From: a virus
Lineage: Duplodnaviria > Caudoviricetes
IMG/VR virus record: IMGVR_UViG_3300028603_000018
Span: 160,001-224,000 of that record
Length of the DNA: 64,000 nucleotides
Strand: one strand, 5' to 3'
A model generated the notes under the pieces. That model was given only the letters and a program-made list of their open reading frames with translations. It ran no database searches and had not been told where the DNA came from. Each line of letters begins with the position of its first letter. Positions within the stretch are counted from its first letter, which is position 1. Positions 49,490 through 59,316 of the stretch are shown in pieces. The position numbers and the translations under genes were made by a program.

Positions 49490-52414
49490 TTAGACTAGTT
49501 TATGACGAATAAAGTTAACACTAACGTCTTCCTCAACAATAAGAATACCATCAGCACGAGCTACTAAACGTTTTCTTAAAGAGAGTCGGTCTGTTAAGTT
49601 AATAATAGTTACCATAGGAAAATCATTACTCCAACCGCCTAAACCAGTGATCTTAACATCCATAACATCATTACCATACAATGCTTTTAATTCAACAATC
49701 ATATCACTAATAGAAACAACAGCATTTGTTAAGTAATCATTAAGTGCTTGAATAGTCACTCTAGTTAACTGTTGTTTTAGTGCTTCATCATCATCGACTT
49801 TATCAGAGATGTGTAACTCTACATTAAAAGCTTGTTGAGCAGGTAAACTCGTTGTTAAACCAGCTCCATACATGATCTCAACAGGACCTGTAGTTGTCTT
49901 CGGATAAAAGAAGATTTTAGTCTTCTCTAATAAAGTAGGTGTTAATGATTTAATATCATTAATAATCCAATTGATAATTAAATCAACTAACTCTTTACGA
50001 TAATCAATAATGATCTTATCTGTACTAAAGAAGTACACACCATCGACCATCATAAAATCCACTTGTCTATAAACACGACGAGGTGAAATAACAACAGGTT
50101 CTCCAGTTACTTCATCAATAACTGTACTACCTGCTAAATGTCGATAAATAGGATTTCCTTGACCATCTAATTGAGGATCTCCCTTATGATGAAGAATGTT
50201 AAAATAAGGTTTACCGTCGTTATCGAATAATATATTCGTTCCATCAGGCCCTTTTTCATAAACATCCTCTAAGTAATAAGCAGGGACATCAAAAGGATAA
50301 GTCTCATAGCGTTCAGTACCTGGAATAGTTCTAGCTCTAATCCATAATTCTTTTAATGCATCACCAAACTTTAGACGAATCTTCTCAACACTGATAGCGG
50401 CAATACGATTAGGTAATAAGAACTTACCTAAATAGCTATCAGCTTCATTAGTCCTCCATTGAGAACCTAATGTCGCACTTGTTGAGAAAGTAATAACAAA
50501 ATCATTAAGTAGAGCAGTCTCAGTTAAACGAGGTGTTTGCTCAAACATAAAGAATTCTGTTAGCTCTAACCCATCTCTTCGTGTAACGTTAAAGTTAGAG
50601 GATAAATCAAATCGATAAACTCTTGAACCTTCATCTGTCTTACCAATTAACTCACCATTTTGATAAGCATAAGAAATCTCACCAATAGGTCTAAAAGAAA
50701 TCTGAGCATGAACTTCATTATCATTAAGAAGTTTTAAATCATCAGTTTCAGTAGTAGTGACTTCTAATTGATATCCAGAACTAGTCTTTAAGAACCGATA
50801 AGAAGAAATGGTAGAAGAAAGTAAAGTAAGGTCATTCTCAGCAATGAAAGATTTACTTTGAGCCTCAGGAGCATCTAATCGATACACTCGTGCATCAAAC
50901 TCAGACTCCAGCATTTCCATAACGTAATAGAAAGGTGTATAGAAGTAATTACCACCCGTTACTTGAGAAGCTTGTTGGTCTATAGGGAGAGCTTTAATTG
51001 CATCGATATTACTCTTAGGAACTAGATATGTCCTACCATTTCTATTTTGAAATAAAGTCTCTGGAGTAAAAGTAATACTTTCCCCATTATCAATAACTGT
51101 TCCAATATCAATAGCATCAATAGCATTAAAGAGAACAGATTGAATAGATAAACTAGCTGCTGTAATTAATTGATTATTAGTTGGATCAGGTAATTGTTTA
51201 GTAGCTAGATAAATTCGATTAGTGATATTATCTACGTTCTTTACAATATCAAAATCTTGATCTGCTAAAATAGTCTCAATCTGATCAGGCGTAATAGCAG
51301 GAACTCTAGGACCCATCGTATTGTAAATAACACGCCGTCTTAGTTCTTCTAAGTCTAAACTATTTCTGCCGCCATTGATAGTATCATTAGACCATACTTG
51401 GACATCTTCTAAATGAGAGAGGTTCTTTGTATAGACACTCTGACCAATATTATCAATAGTAGACCAGCTAAAATTAAAAGCAGTAGAATTTAAGTTAGCT
51501 AGATCAAGACTAACATGTCCTTTAGTCGTATAGACATCAATTCTTACTTTACCTACTAAATTAAACCTATTGATGTAGATAATAGGAATATGGACTTGTA
51601 CACTTTGTTCTAAGACTTTTACAGCAGCTGTAATAGTATCAGGGTTATAGACTAAGTCAGTGTGAGTAACTGCGATTTCTTCCCAGAGATCGGTATTACC
51701 TACAGTTTCCGATCTAGAGATATAAACTCTTACGAAATAAAAGTCATCTTGAAAGTTAACAGTAGTAAATAAAGGAGAGGTGGGACTAAAATCGGCTTTT
51801 TGTGAAGTGATCTCATATTGGAAAGTATCAAACTCCATAACAAACCAATCTGTATTATCTAAAGTGATAATATTAAAAGGAATTAAGTTTGTCTCAACAT
51901 CACCAATAGGACTACCTTCATTAACATCCCATACAACAGTTAATCCACCATGATTCATCTCCCTGATCTCAATGGGATAAATAGTACTGAATACTAAATC
52001 CCCTGGACCAAATCGACTATTACGAGGAATAACAATTTTCTTGTATCCTCTATCTGGTACAGCTACTAAGTTATTAATTAAATCATCATAATGGATCTTT
52101 AATTGAAACTTAGCCTTAGAGGGTAGAGCAAAGCGACCAATATAGTCCTGATCACTCATATGTAAATATAAGTCATCAGCTTGTCTTGCATTAACAGGAT
52201 AGAGCTTACGATAAGAACTCTCAAACCCATTTAAAAGAGAACTAATTCCACTAGCACTTACTTCTTGTAATTGCACCATCGGGTTAGAAGGATCGTATAC
52301 GTTTAATTCTCCTCCATTAATTTCCCGTAGTAGTCGTAAATTAATTCTTTGAATTGCTGAAGGATTATTAATAACCCTTTTTAATGCTTCTTTATAAGCA
52401 GTAACTTGACTCAT
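49490..52414 (-). CDS. Virion structural protein, probable baseplate wedge (phiKZ gp87-like)
   Basis: 974 aa; GG..LDLEELRRRV...AITPDQI resembles baseplate J/gp6 motifs; synteny. Confidence 0.7.
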   Translation of the reverse strand: MSQVTAYKEALKRVINNPSAIQRINLRLLREINGGELNVYDPSNPMVQLQEVSASGISSLLNGFESSYRKLYPVNARQADDLYLHMSDQDYIGRFALPSKAKFQLKIHYDDLINNLVAVPDRGYKKIVIPRNSRFGPGDLVFSTIYPIEIREMNHGGLTVVWDVNEGSPIGDVETNLIPFNIITLDNTDWFVMEFDTFQYEITSQKADFSPTSPLFTTVNFQDDFYFVRVYISRSETVGNTDLWEEIAVTHTDLVYNPDTITAAVKVLEQSVQVHIPIIYINRFNLVGKVRIDVYTTKGHVSLDLANLNSTAFNFSWSTIDNIGQSVYTKNLSHLEDVQVWSNDTINGGRNSLDLEELRRRVIYNTMGPRVPAITPDQIETILADQDFDIVKNVDNITNRIYLATKQLPDPTNNQLITAASLSIQSVLFNAIDAIDIGTVIDNGESITFTPETLFQNRNGRTYLVPKSNIDAIKALPIDQQASQVTGGNYFYTPFYYVMEMLESEFDARVYRLDAPEAQSKSFIAENDLTLLSSTISSYRFLKTSSGYQLEVTTTETDDLKLLNDNEVHAQISFRPIGEISYAYQNGELIGKTDEGSRVYRFDLSSNFNVTRRDGLELTEFFMFEQTPRLTETALLNDFVITFSTSATLGSQWRTNEADSYLGKFLLPNRIAAISVEKIRLKFGDALKELWIRARTIPGTERYETYPFDVPAYYLEDVYEKGPDGTNILFDNDGKPYFNILHHKGDPQLDGQGNPIYRHLAGSTVIDEVTGEPVVISPRRVYRQVDFMMVDGVYFFSTDKIIIDYRKELVDLIINWIINDIKSLTPTLLEKTKIFFYPKTTTGPVEIMYGAGLTTSLPAQQAFNVELHISDKVDDDEALKQQLTRVTIQALNDYLTNAVVSISDMIVELKALYGNDVMDVKITGLGGWSNDFPMVTIINLTDRLSLRKRLVARADGILIVEEDVSVNFIRHKLV

Positions 52415-52426
52415 TTTCCTTTATTC

Positions 52427-53515
52427 CTAAATATTATCCCAGTATGCTTCGCCAGCAGGATCAACTTCTCTTGCTAAGTCCCTAGGGATAACAGCATAGA
52501 AAAGACGTTTATCAACCCACCACTCAAAACTACCATCAGCAGGATTGATACGAGGATAACCATATCCATTTAATAAGTTTAATGCCCAATCTGGAATAGT
52601 TCTAAATACCTGTTCTCGACGATCATCTCGCATTGCACTATTAAAGAAGATAACTGTCGCATTGAACTCATCAAATAAAATAGGATCATTATAAGTTAGA
52701 CCATTTGTCCTGAATGTGATATTGATCATATCGTTTTCTCGACTAAATGGTTGTCCTACTTCAAAGTTACCTCGCTGACCCATAGGTGATGATAACGGGA
52801 AAGCAGCATCAGCACTTAAGATACTCCTGACCATTCTTTTATTCTGATCTAAAGTAACACGATAGATACGAGTCATGTAGTCAATTTCATGCTCCCACCA
52901 GTATAATGGATAAGGAACTAATCGATCCTCAAAGACTAGCATCGCATACAAAATCCAGTAATAAAAGAGGTCAGTAATTGGGTCACCTAATATATTTCTA
53001 AAGGTACAGTTTATATCGTATGTTCCATTGAGGTTTAAAGGACCGTCAATAAAACTAAAAGCTTCCTTATACTGTCCTTCAGGAGAAGTGTAAGTAGGTG
53101 CTACTGCATCAGGCCATCCAGATGAACTTTGTATAAAATTAGTTAAGATAGGGATGAATGCTTGATAGTTATCTAGTAAAGGACAATCCACATTACTAGA
53201 GATTAAATTATTATCAAAAACAGTTCTGATATATCTAGAATAACTAGTGGGTTCTTTGGTAAGCAATAGAGATAATCGTCTATCGATTCTTAAATTCTCC
53301 ATTGTCATATTCATCAGTGGACGAGTAAAGAAGGTATAACCAATTTGGTCCTTATTCATTGGAATAAGACCAGGCTGCTGACGATGGTTTATACCAAAGA
53401 AGGCTCGCGCTGCTCCACTTGATATATTACCTATTGCAGTATTACTGGTAACTCTTTCAATAGCTTCTTTACTTTTTCTTTGGTTATGCCAATATAAATC
53501 TTCATTTGTTGCCAT
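52427..53515 (-). CDS. Virion structural protein, tail-tube/baseplate-hub-like (phiKZ gp88-like)
   Basis: 362 aa with GYTFFTRP and SSSGWPD motifs; synteny. Confidence 0.65.
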   Translation of the reverse strand: MATNEDLYWHNQRKSKEAIERVTSNTAIGNISSGAARAFFGINHRQQPGLIPMNKDQIGYTFFTRPLMNMTMENLRIDRRLSLLLTKEPTSYSRYIRTVFDNNLISSNVDCPLLDNYQAFIPILTNFIQSSSGWPDAVAPTYTSPEGQYKEAFSFIDGPLNLNGTYDINCTFRNILGDPITDLFYYWILYAMLVFEDRLVPYPLYWWEHEIDYMTRIYRVTLDQNKRMVRSILSADAAFPLSSPMGQRGNFEVGQPFSRENDMINITFRTNGLTYNDPILFDEFNATVIFFNSAMRDDRREQVFRTIPDWALNLLNGYGYPRINPADGSFEWWVDKRLFYAVIPRDLAREVDPAGEAYWDNI

Positions 53516-53587
53516 GGTTGTTAAAACCTCAATAACCTTTCTTTATTTTACTATAAGTTTATAAAACTTAAAAAAGGATTTTTTTGT

Positions 53588-54706
53588 ATGAAAGCCAATT
53601 TAGCTTTTTCACTGATTGGAGCAGCCGCAGTCGGATTAAGTAATCTTATTGCCGCAGCAGCTAAGCCACAAAGTTTAATGAAGCGGGCTGCTATAGCTCG
53701 GTTAGAACCTAATGCTATCATTGATGAGAGATGTTTACTGTATCCAAATTTAAACGATGTACTTAGCGTAACGACTAACGTATTCATCGCTACTTATCTG
53801 CAATTGATCTCTCTAAGCAGAACCACCAGTGATGGTACTCAAATCATTAAACGAGTCAGTCTACAGGATACGCGGTTAGGTGGTGAGAGTTACCTTTCTT
53901 CTATGCTTAGTATTGAGGCGGCAGAACAACCAAATGTCATTGGTATCCTAGATGAAATTACTGAGTTCAAAGATATTCATGAAGATGCATTACCAGCAGA
54001 AGACTACTACTCTCAAGAGAGTCAAGTAAACCGTAAACTCATCGAAGGTCTAAATGACAGTGGTTCATTAGCTGTTGGTCGATTCATTGAAGTAGAAATC
54101 GAAAAAGGTGCTGATGGAAAACCAGTTACTGTAGAGATTGCTGTTCGTATGATGTCAACCATTGCTAATACGAATATCTTAAAGAATGCTCTAGAATCTC
54201 GGTTCAAAGGTAATGAAGGTCCGCTTGAAAGAAAACATGGCTGGAAAACAGGTCGTCTTTCCTTTATCTCTGATTTAGTATTTGGAAGTGATTTAATTCG
54301 CAAGCATCGTAATCTTCAAATGAAAGATGTCGATGGTATCTATAGCAAGCTTAGTCCGAATAAGATGCGTGGTAAAACAGGATGGGATGTTGTAACAGGT
54401 AAGTTCTCTATTGCAGAAGCTTCTTCAGTACTTGTTTTAGATCAAGAAACAGTTGATGAAGTCGAATACGCTATGGGTGGTAAGTTTAGTAACAAAACCT
54501 TCCGTGATCGTCTCCTTGAAGCAACAGGTGTCATGACCTTAGCTATCATTGATAGGGGTGATGATATGGTTACGTTCTATTATGATTCTATTGCCGATGG
54601 CACTCGTTTGAACTCTGCTGCTCTTCGGTCAGCAGGTAAGAAAGACGGTCCTGATGTAGGTAAGATCCTAGAACAGTTTATTGCTCAAGGTCAAGTACGT
54701 TTTTAA
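53588..54706 (+). CDS. Internal head/inner-body protein (phiKZ gp89-like)
   Basis: 372 aa, internal SIE and SQE sites; divergent from the gp88-like gene. Confidence 0.65.
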   Translation: MKANLAFSLIGAAAVGLSNLIAAAAKPQSLMKRAAIARLEPNAIIDERCLLYPNLNDVLSVTTNVFIATYLQLISLSRTTSDGTQIIKRVSLQDTRLGGESYLSSMLSIEAAEQPNVIGILDEITEFKDIHEDALPAEDYYSQESQVNRKLIEGLNDSGSLAVGRFIEVEIEKGADGKPVTVEIAVRMMSTIANTNILKNALESRFKGNEGPLERKHGWKTGRLSFISDLVFGSDLIRKHRNLQMKDVDGIYSKLSPNKMRGKTGWDVVTGKFSIAEASSVLVLDQETVDEVEYAMGGKFSNKTFRDRLLEATGVMTLAIIDRGDDMVTFYYDSIADGTRLNSAALRSAGKKDGPDVGKILEQFIAQGQVRF

Positions 54707-54726
54707 TTGATAAAAAGGAATATTAG

Positions 54727-55638
54727 ATGGACCCCTTAGTTGCTTATAAAGAAAAGCTATTACCTATTCTGAAGAAGACGGATTTACTTGATGACGTAGA
54801 TCGTATCCGTACGGAATACACGAAATACCTTATTCCTGAATTAGAGCGTAATGCTACTGTTGTAAACAAACCTAAAGATAAAGATATCGAAAGAATGTTC
54901 GATACGATTCATCGAATTGGAAAGATCTCTCGTCGAGATAATGCTTTATCTGGTTTAAGTGAATCTTTTAAGAATACTGTAGAGAGCTTAGATAAAGTTC
55001 AAGACGTTATTAAAAAAGAATTTACTGGCGAACAAATTGCTACTGATGTATTGACTTATCGACAAGTTGCTTTAATCCGATATGTTGAGATCAGTAACTT
55101 TGTACTGAATTATTCATTACGTCTGTTACGGTTCATTTTATCAAAAGAACTCGATGCAGCTGGTCAAAAGGGTAATGATTCTATCACACCTAATGAACGG
55201 ACTAGTTTAAATAACAACTTCGTCAATTATGCTAGTGCATTACCAATCGTTACTTTAAACGCTAGTCAAATCGACAAGACATTAAAAGAAACGCCTTCTG
55301 TTGTGATTGATGAAGCAGCAAGTGATGTACTGTCTTTCCATACTGCTGGTAAAGCTGATCCAACTAAAGCTGGTTTAGTCGCTACTGATTGGAATCCTCT
55401 TTATCATTCTAATTGGAATCCTATCTATCGTACTCGTTTACTCATTGCTGAGTGGCAAGCTAAAGAATATAGGAAGATTGTAGAAGAACTTAAGATGTTT
55501 GAGGTTCAGCGTCTACGTATTGAGAATGCTCGTCAAGGTAGAGCTGATCCTATTTTAGATAAACGAGCAGAAGAGTTAGGTGGTATTATTAATGATCTCC
55601 AGTACGAGATCAATAGGATGGAGAAAAACTATGCTTAA
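54727..55638 (+). CDS. Internal head/inner-body protein (phiKZ gp90-like)
   Basis: 303 aa with WNPIY motif and C-terminal coiled coil; synteny. Confidence 0.65.
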   Translation: MDPLVAYKEKLLPILKKTDLLDDVDRIRTEYTKYLIPELERNATVVNKPKDKDIERMFDTIHRIGKISRRDNALSGLSESFKNTVESLDKVQDVIKKEFTGEQIATDVLTYRQVALIRYVEISNFVLNYSLRLLRFILSKELDAAGQKGNDSITPNERTSLNNNFVNYASALPIVTLNASQIDKTLKETPSVVIDEAASDVLSFHTAGKADPTKAGLVATDWNPLYHSNWNPIYRTRLLIAEWQAKEYRKIVEELKMFEVQRLRIENARQGRADPILDKRAEELGGIINDLQYEINRMEKNYA

Positions 55639-56266
55639 CTCCACTCGATCAGTTCAGGTTTATCCCAGAGGTTTTCTAGGTAAGCCTATTGACAGAGTAG
55701 AAGAAGCACCTAAGTTTGCGATGCGGAGTCCGAATTTAATGTTTGGATTTAGCTTGGTGTCAGGAATGAATGAGCGTCGTAAAGGTAGTCCTGAAGTGGA
55801 TGAACTCCATCAGCAATATTTAGGTAACCTTAAATATGCTACTAACTTCGATTGCTTTAAAGATCTACTTGTTGAATTCTTATCTGTCTTTACAACAAAT
55901 CAGTTTGGACAATGGTTATTCATGCAAAGAGAAAGTCCTGTATACACCCCTTTGCATGAGCGCTTTCTGATCGATACTTGTAACTATTTACTAACAGGTC
56001 AAAGAAAGCTGAGTGTTTATAATTGGGAAGGTATGTTTAAACATAACTACCAACCCGGTAGTGAGACCTATGGTGGTCGGCATACGGAGACAAACGTACC
56101 ATTAGAGCTAAATAAAACAGATCGCTTATTAGCAACTGATTTATTTAAACGTTTTGAAAATGCTTCTCTAGGTGATGTCTTTCAATACTGGGTGTCTAAA
56201 CCTAATGGCTTAGATGACTTAATGACTTCTCTGTTTATCTTCTTCGGTTCTAGTATTGATAATTAG
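55631..56266 (+). CDS. Virion protein (phiKZ gp91-like)
   Basis: ATG 55631 overlaps the upstream stop; VQVYPRGF motif; hairpin follows (56271-56301). Confidence 0.6.
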   Translation: MLNSTRSVQVYPRGFLGKPIDRVEEAPKFAMRSPNLMFGFSLVSGMNERRKGSPEVDELHQQYLGNLKYATNFDCFKDLLVEFLSVFTTNQFGQWLFMQRESPVYTPLHERFLIDTCNYLLTGQRKLSVYNWEGMFKHNYQPGSETYGGRHTETNVPLELNKTDRLLATDLFKRFENASLGDVFQYWVSKPNGLDDLMTSLFIFFGSSIDN

Positions 56267-56337
56267 TAATAGAGGGAATATGTTAAAAGCATATTCCCTC
56301 TTTTCGCTATTAAGTCAAGTCTTAAGGTTTTTATAAC

Positions 56338-57318
56338 ATGTCAACAAAAATTATAGATTTAATTAATGCAACTGACCCTGCTGACTTCCTAGGTAGAGCT
56401 AAGGAGGCATTACCTAATAGAATCTTTCCTTCTCAAGAATCTTTAGAAACTCAATCTTTCTTTAGCCAGATCTTCATGGATTCAATTAAAAAGGAAGCTT
56501 TTCTCTCCTTTTTAAAGTCATTAAGAAGTAAGGATATTAGTACTACATCCAACATTAAAAATAATATCGCTGAAATTAAAAAGAACATCTCTAAACTAAA
56601 AGCCTATCGAGAAAAGAATGCTTTTAGTCTCATGGATTATGAAGATATTGTTATTCCTTTAGAATACCTACAGACAGTTTTTGCTCCAGTAAGCCGATAT
56701 CCATTAATCGATGTCGTGACTAATACTCTATGTGTTATTGAATCCATCTCTTCTCTTTTCTCTAGAGAAGCAGTTCGTGGAAAAGAAGATGGTAAGTTCT
56801 ATCCAGTTAATTGTGATGATGTAACGACTTATTTACCTGTTAAGCAATTGATCGAACCAGTAGGTATTGAGAAGTGGAAAGAAGTCGGTATTGATACTGT
56901 TGCACTAGAAGATGCTTTTTGTAAATACATTGCTATTTGGACAAGTAATAGTGATGTGAATTTAACTATTGCTGAAAAAGTAATTGATGACTTAGAAGAC
57001 TTACCAGTTATTAGTACTTCTGATTGGTCTGATCTTGATACTCTTTTACGAGACAGTGAGCTTACAGATAAGCTAGACGCTCTTTTAGCGCAATTAGAAG
57101 AATACCTACAATCTAATTTTGATTGGATGGATGTTGTTACTAACGTATTAAATAGTACAGATGAGCAATCTAGTTTAGTTAATTTAGTTCGTATTACTGA
57201 TAGCTTATATCAAAACTGGAGAAATCTCCATTACTCTTTTGAAGGTTTAAGTACCTTACTAAGTTGTTTTATAACCGCGCTCGTGTATTGTACTGAACAG
57301 TTCAAAAAACCCGTTTAA
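56338..57318 (+). CDS. Putative head protein
   Basis: 326 aa with SQESLE site. Confidence 0.65.
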   Translation: MSTKIIDLINATDPADFLGRAKEALPNRIFPSQESLETQSFFSQIFMDSIKKEAFLSFLKSLRSKDISTTSNIKNNIAEIKKNISKLKAYREKNAFSLMDYEDIVIPLEYLQTVFAPVSRYPLIDVVTNTLCVIESISSLFSREAVRGKEDGKFYPVNCDDVTTYLPVKQLIEPVGIEKWKEVGIDTVALEDAFCKYIAIWTSNSDVNLTIAEKVIDDLEDLPVISTSDWSDLDTLLRDSELTDKLDALLAQLEEYLQSNFDWMDVVTNVLNSTDEQSSLVNLVRITDSLYQNWRNLHYSFEGLSTLLSCFITALVYCTEQFKKPV

Positions 57319-57343
57319 CTAAAAAGGAAATAGGTTAAGATCT

Positions 57344-59242
57344 ATGTCAGTAAAATTAGATGATTTACTGATGAAGTACTATGAAGGGGAGAATACGAGT
57401 TCTAGTACAACATCGAGTAATAGAGATTCCATTATTAATGCAGTTAATCAAAAAGGAGATAGTAATGCTATCGCTGAGCAAAATTCTGAACAAAGTAACA
57501 CTGGGTCTGTGGTCGGTGAACAAGGAAGCCTCGCCCCTTCAGAAAACCCAGGAGACGCAGAATCCGTTATCGACAACCTCATCGACGAAGAACAGCCTGG
57601 ATCTGGGTCGGGTACTGAACCCAGCGTTCCAAGCACCAGTGGCTCAACCGACAGTAGCGTCGGAACCGACATCCCAAGTGAAGACAGTGGAGAAGACAAT
57701 ACCGTCGGAGAAGGAGGAAGTCAGTCAGGAGAAGAAACTGGAAACAGTGATCAAGTCAGTAGTGGAGCAGGAGGCATCAGTCCCCCAGCCCCAGAAGGCA
57801 ACGAACAAGGATCTACTCCAGAAGAAGTTGGAAGTGATTCAGGAAGCAACTCCTACGAAGAAGACCACTCCGAAGAAGTCATCGTCAGCCAAGACGACTT
57901 CGAAGAAAGCTCCAGCGAAGAAAACAGCAGTCAAAGTAGCGACCAAGTCAGTGGCGAAGAAGGTAGTGAAGACTTCGACACCGAAGAAAGCGGTGAAGAA
58001 GACCTCAGTGAAAACAGTAGCGAAGTAAATGCTGTAGAAGAGGAAACTGAGCAAGCTATTGAGGAAGAAGTCATTGATGCTCAAGAAGTAGCGCAAGATG
58101 TCTTAGCTGAAGCAGGTGATCCTAGTGCTATTGAAGAAGAGGAAAGTCAAGTAGAAGAATCTGATACAGGGGAAGATTCTAAAGTAGCAGAAACCTCTGA
58201 AGAGATTCTTAATACGAAAGCTAATGATAATGATGTCGATAATCTAACAGGCTTACATAAAGACGCTGGGATTATTAAACGTGCCTATGAGCTAGATTCT
58301 AGAATTGGTGATTATGCTAGGATTATCTTAGACCGTTTTCCATCTGATACAAGTACTGAGAATGTAGATGAGTCTTTTCTCGTTATTAGTAGTATTACTT
58401 TAGAAACACTAAGTGATGCAGGTAAAGCACTAGTAGGTGATGAATTTGATATTGAACAAGATAACATTGTTCAAGAAGCTATTATTCAATCTAAAACTAA
58501 TCTACTACAATCATTAGACGATAGTATCGCAGTCTTAGCGACTTCTATTGATATTGGTAACAGAACATTAGAGAAGATTAAAAATAGCGCTTCACAATAC
58601 CAAAGTGCAGCAACAGAGATTACTTCTCCTCTAGCTCAAAAACTCGTCTCTCTTCTTGGAATACAGGGGGAGTTGGATGCTAATAAGCTAGCGTACTCAT
58701 CTGTTACTAATGGTGTGGTTGCCGATGTATTTTCTTGGATTAATAAAGATTATACAGTCATGCTTAAGAATCTAGAAACTGAAGGTGTAAGTAGTGTTGC
58801 TCCTCTGGTGCTAAATTCCTTACCTAAGTTTAATATGGCTGATGATTCTGACATCTTAGCTAGCTCAGAGCTACTTCCTGGTAATCGAGTTATTCAACAA
58901 ATTGGTAATAAGAGTAATAGTCAAGCAATTATAGATGTCCATAATGAAAGAAGGGATGCATCGTCTGTAACTGTACCAGGTCAATCTCAATTAGAAAGTA
59001 TTATTGCTGAAATTGGTGTTGTTACTCGTACAGCTACTATATTCTCTAATAAGCTCAATGGGTTTAAAGAATCTCTTGAGATCTTTTTTAACTGGTATGA
59101 AAAAGATAATACTGGTGAAGTAACGATTAATGGTAGTGGTAATTTAATCAATGCTGTTAGTTTCATTTTAGCTTTTAGTAATTACCTTTCTAATTACTTA
59201 CGTGGTTTATCTGCTTATGCTTTACTTCCTGTTGAAGTTTAA
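57344..59242 (+). CDS. Head protein with long acidic Ser/Gly/Glu propeptide
   Basis: 632 aa; C-terminal domain with LLPGNRV motif shared with the 59317 paralogue. Confidence 0.75.
   Translation: MSVKLDDLLMKYYEGENTSSSTTSSNRDSIINAVNQKGDSNAIAEQNSEQSNTGSVVGEQGSLAPSENPGDAESVIDNLIDEEQPGSGSGTEPSVPSTSGSTDSSVGTDIPSEDSGEDNTVGEGGSQSGEETGNSDQVSSGAGGISPPAPEGNEQGSTPEEVGSDSGSNSYEEDHSEEVIVSQDDFEESSSEENSSQSSDQVSGEEGSEDFDTEESGEEDLSENSSEVNAVEEETEQAIEEEVIDAQEVAQDVLAEAGDPSAIEEEESQVEESDTGEDSKVAETSEEILNTKANDNDVDNLTGLHKDAGIIKRAYELDSRIGDYARIILDRFPSDTSTENVDESFLVISSITLETLSDAGKALVGDEFDIEQDNIVQEAIIQSKTNLLQSLDDSIAVLATSIDIGNRTLEKIKNSASQYQSAATEITSPLAQKLVSLLGIQGELDANKLAYSSVTNGVVADVFSWINKDYTVMLKNLETEGVSSVAPLVLNSLPKFNMADDSDILASSELLPGNRVIQQIGNKSNSQAIIDVHNERRDASSVTVPGQSQLESIIAEIGVVTRTATIFSNKLNGFKESLEIFFNWYEKDNTGEVTINGSGNLINAVSFILAFSNYLSNYLRGLSAYALLPVEV
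57465..58028 (+). CDS. Overprinted (+1 frame) 187-aa protein with histone-H1-like Lys/Ala/Thr/Pro tail
   Basis: SD AAGGAG (57453-57458) 6 nt before ATG; last 59 aa contain 20 Lys and no acidic residue; host frame favours GTC/CTC/GAC/AGC codons across the overlap. Confidence 0.7.
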   Translation: MLSLSKILNKVTLGLWSVNKEASPLQKTQETQNPLSTTSSTKNSLDLGRVLNPAFQAPVAQPTVASEPTSQVKTVEKTIPSEKEEVSQEKKLETVIKSVVEQEASVPQPQKATNKDLLQKKLEVIQEATPTKKTTPKKSSSAKTTSKKAPAKKTAVKVATKSVAKKVVKTSTPKKAVKKTSVKTVAK

Positions 59243-59316
59243 GTGATAGATGTTTTAATAGTCTCAGTAGTCTTATATTTACTGCTGAGACTACTTCTTC
59301 TTAATTATGCTGAAAA

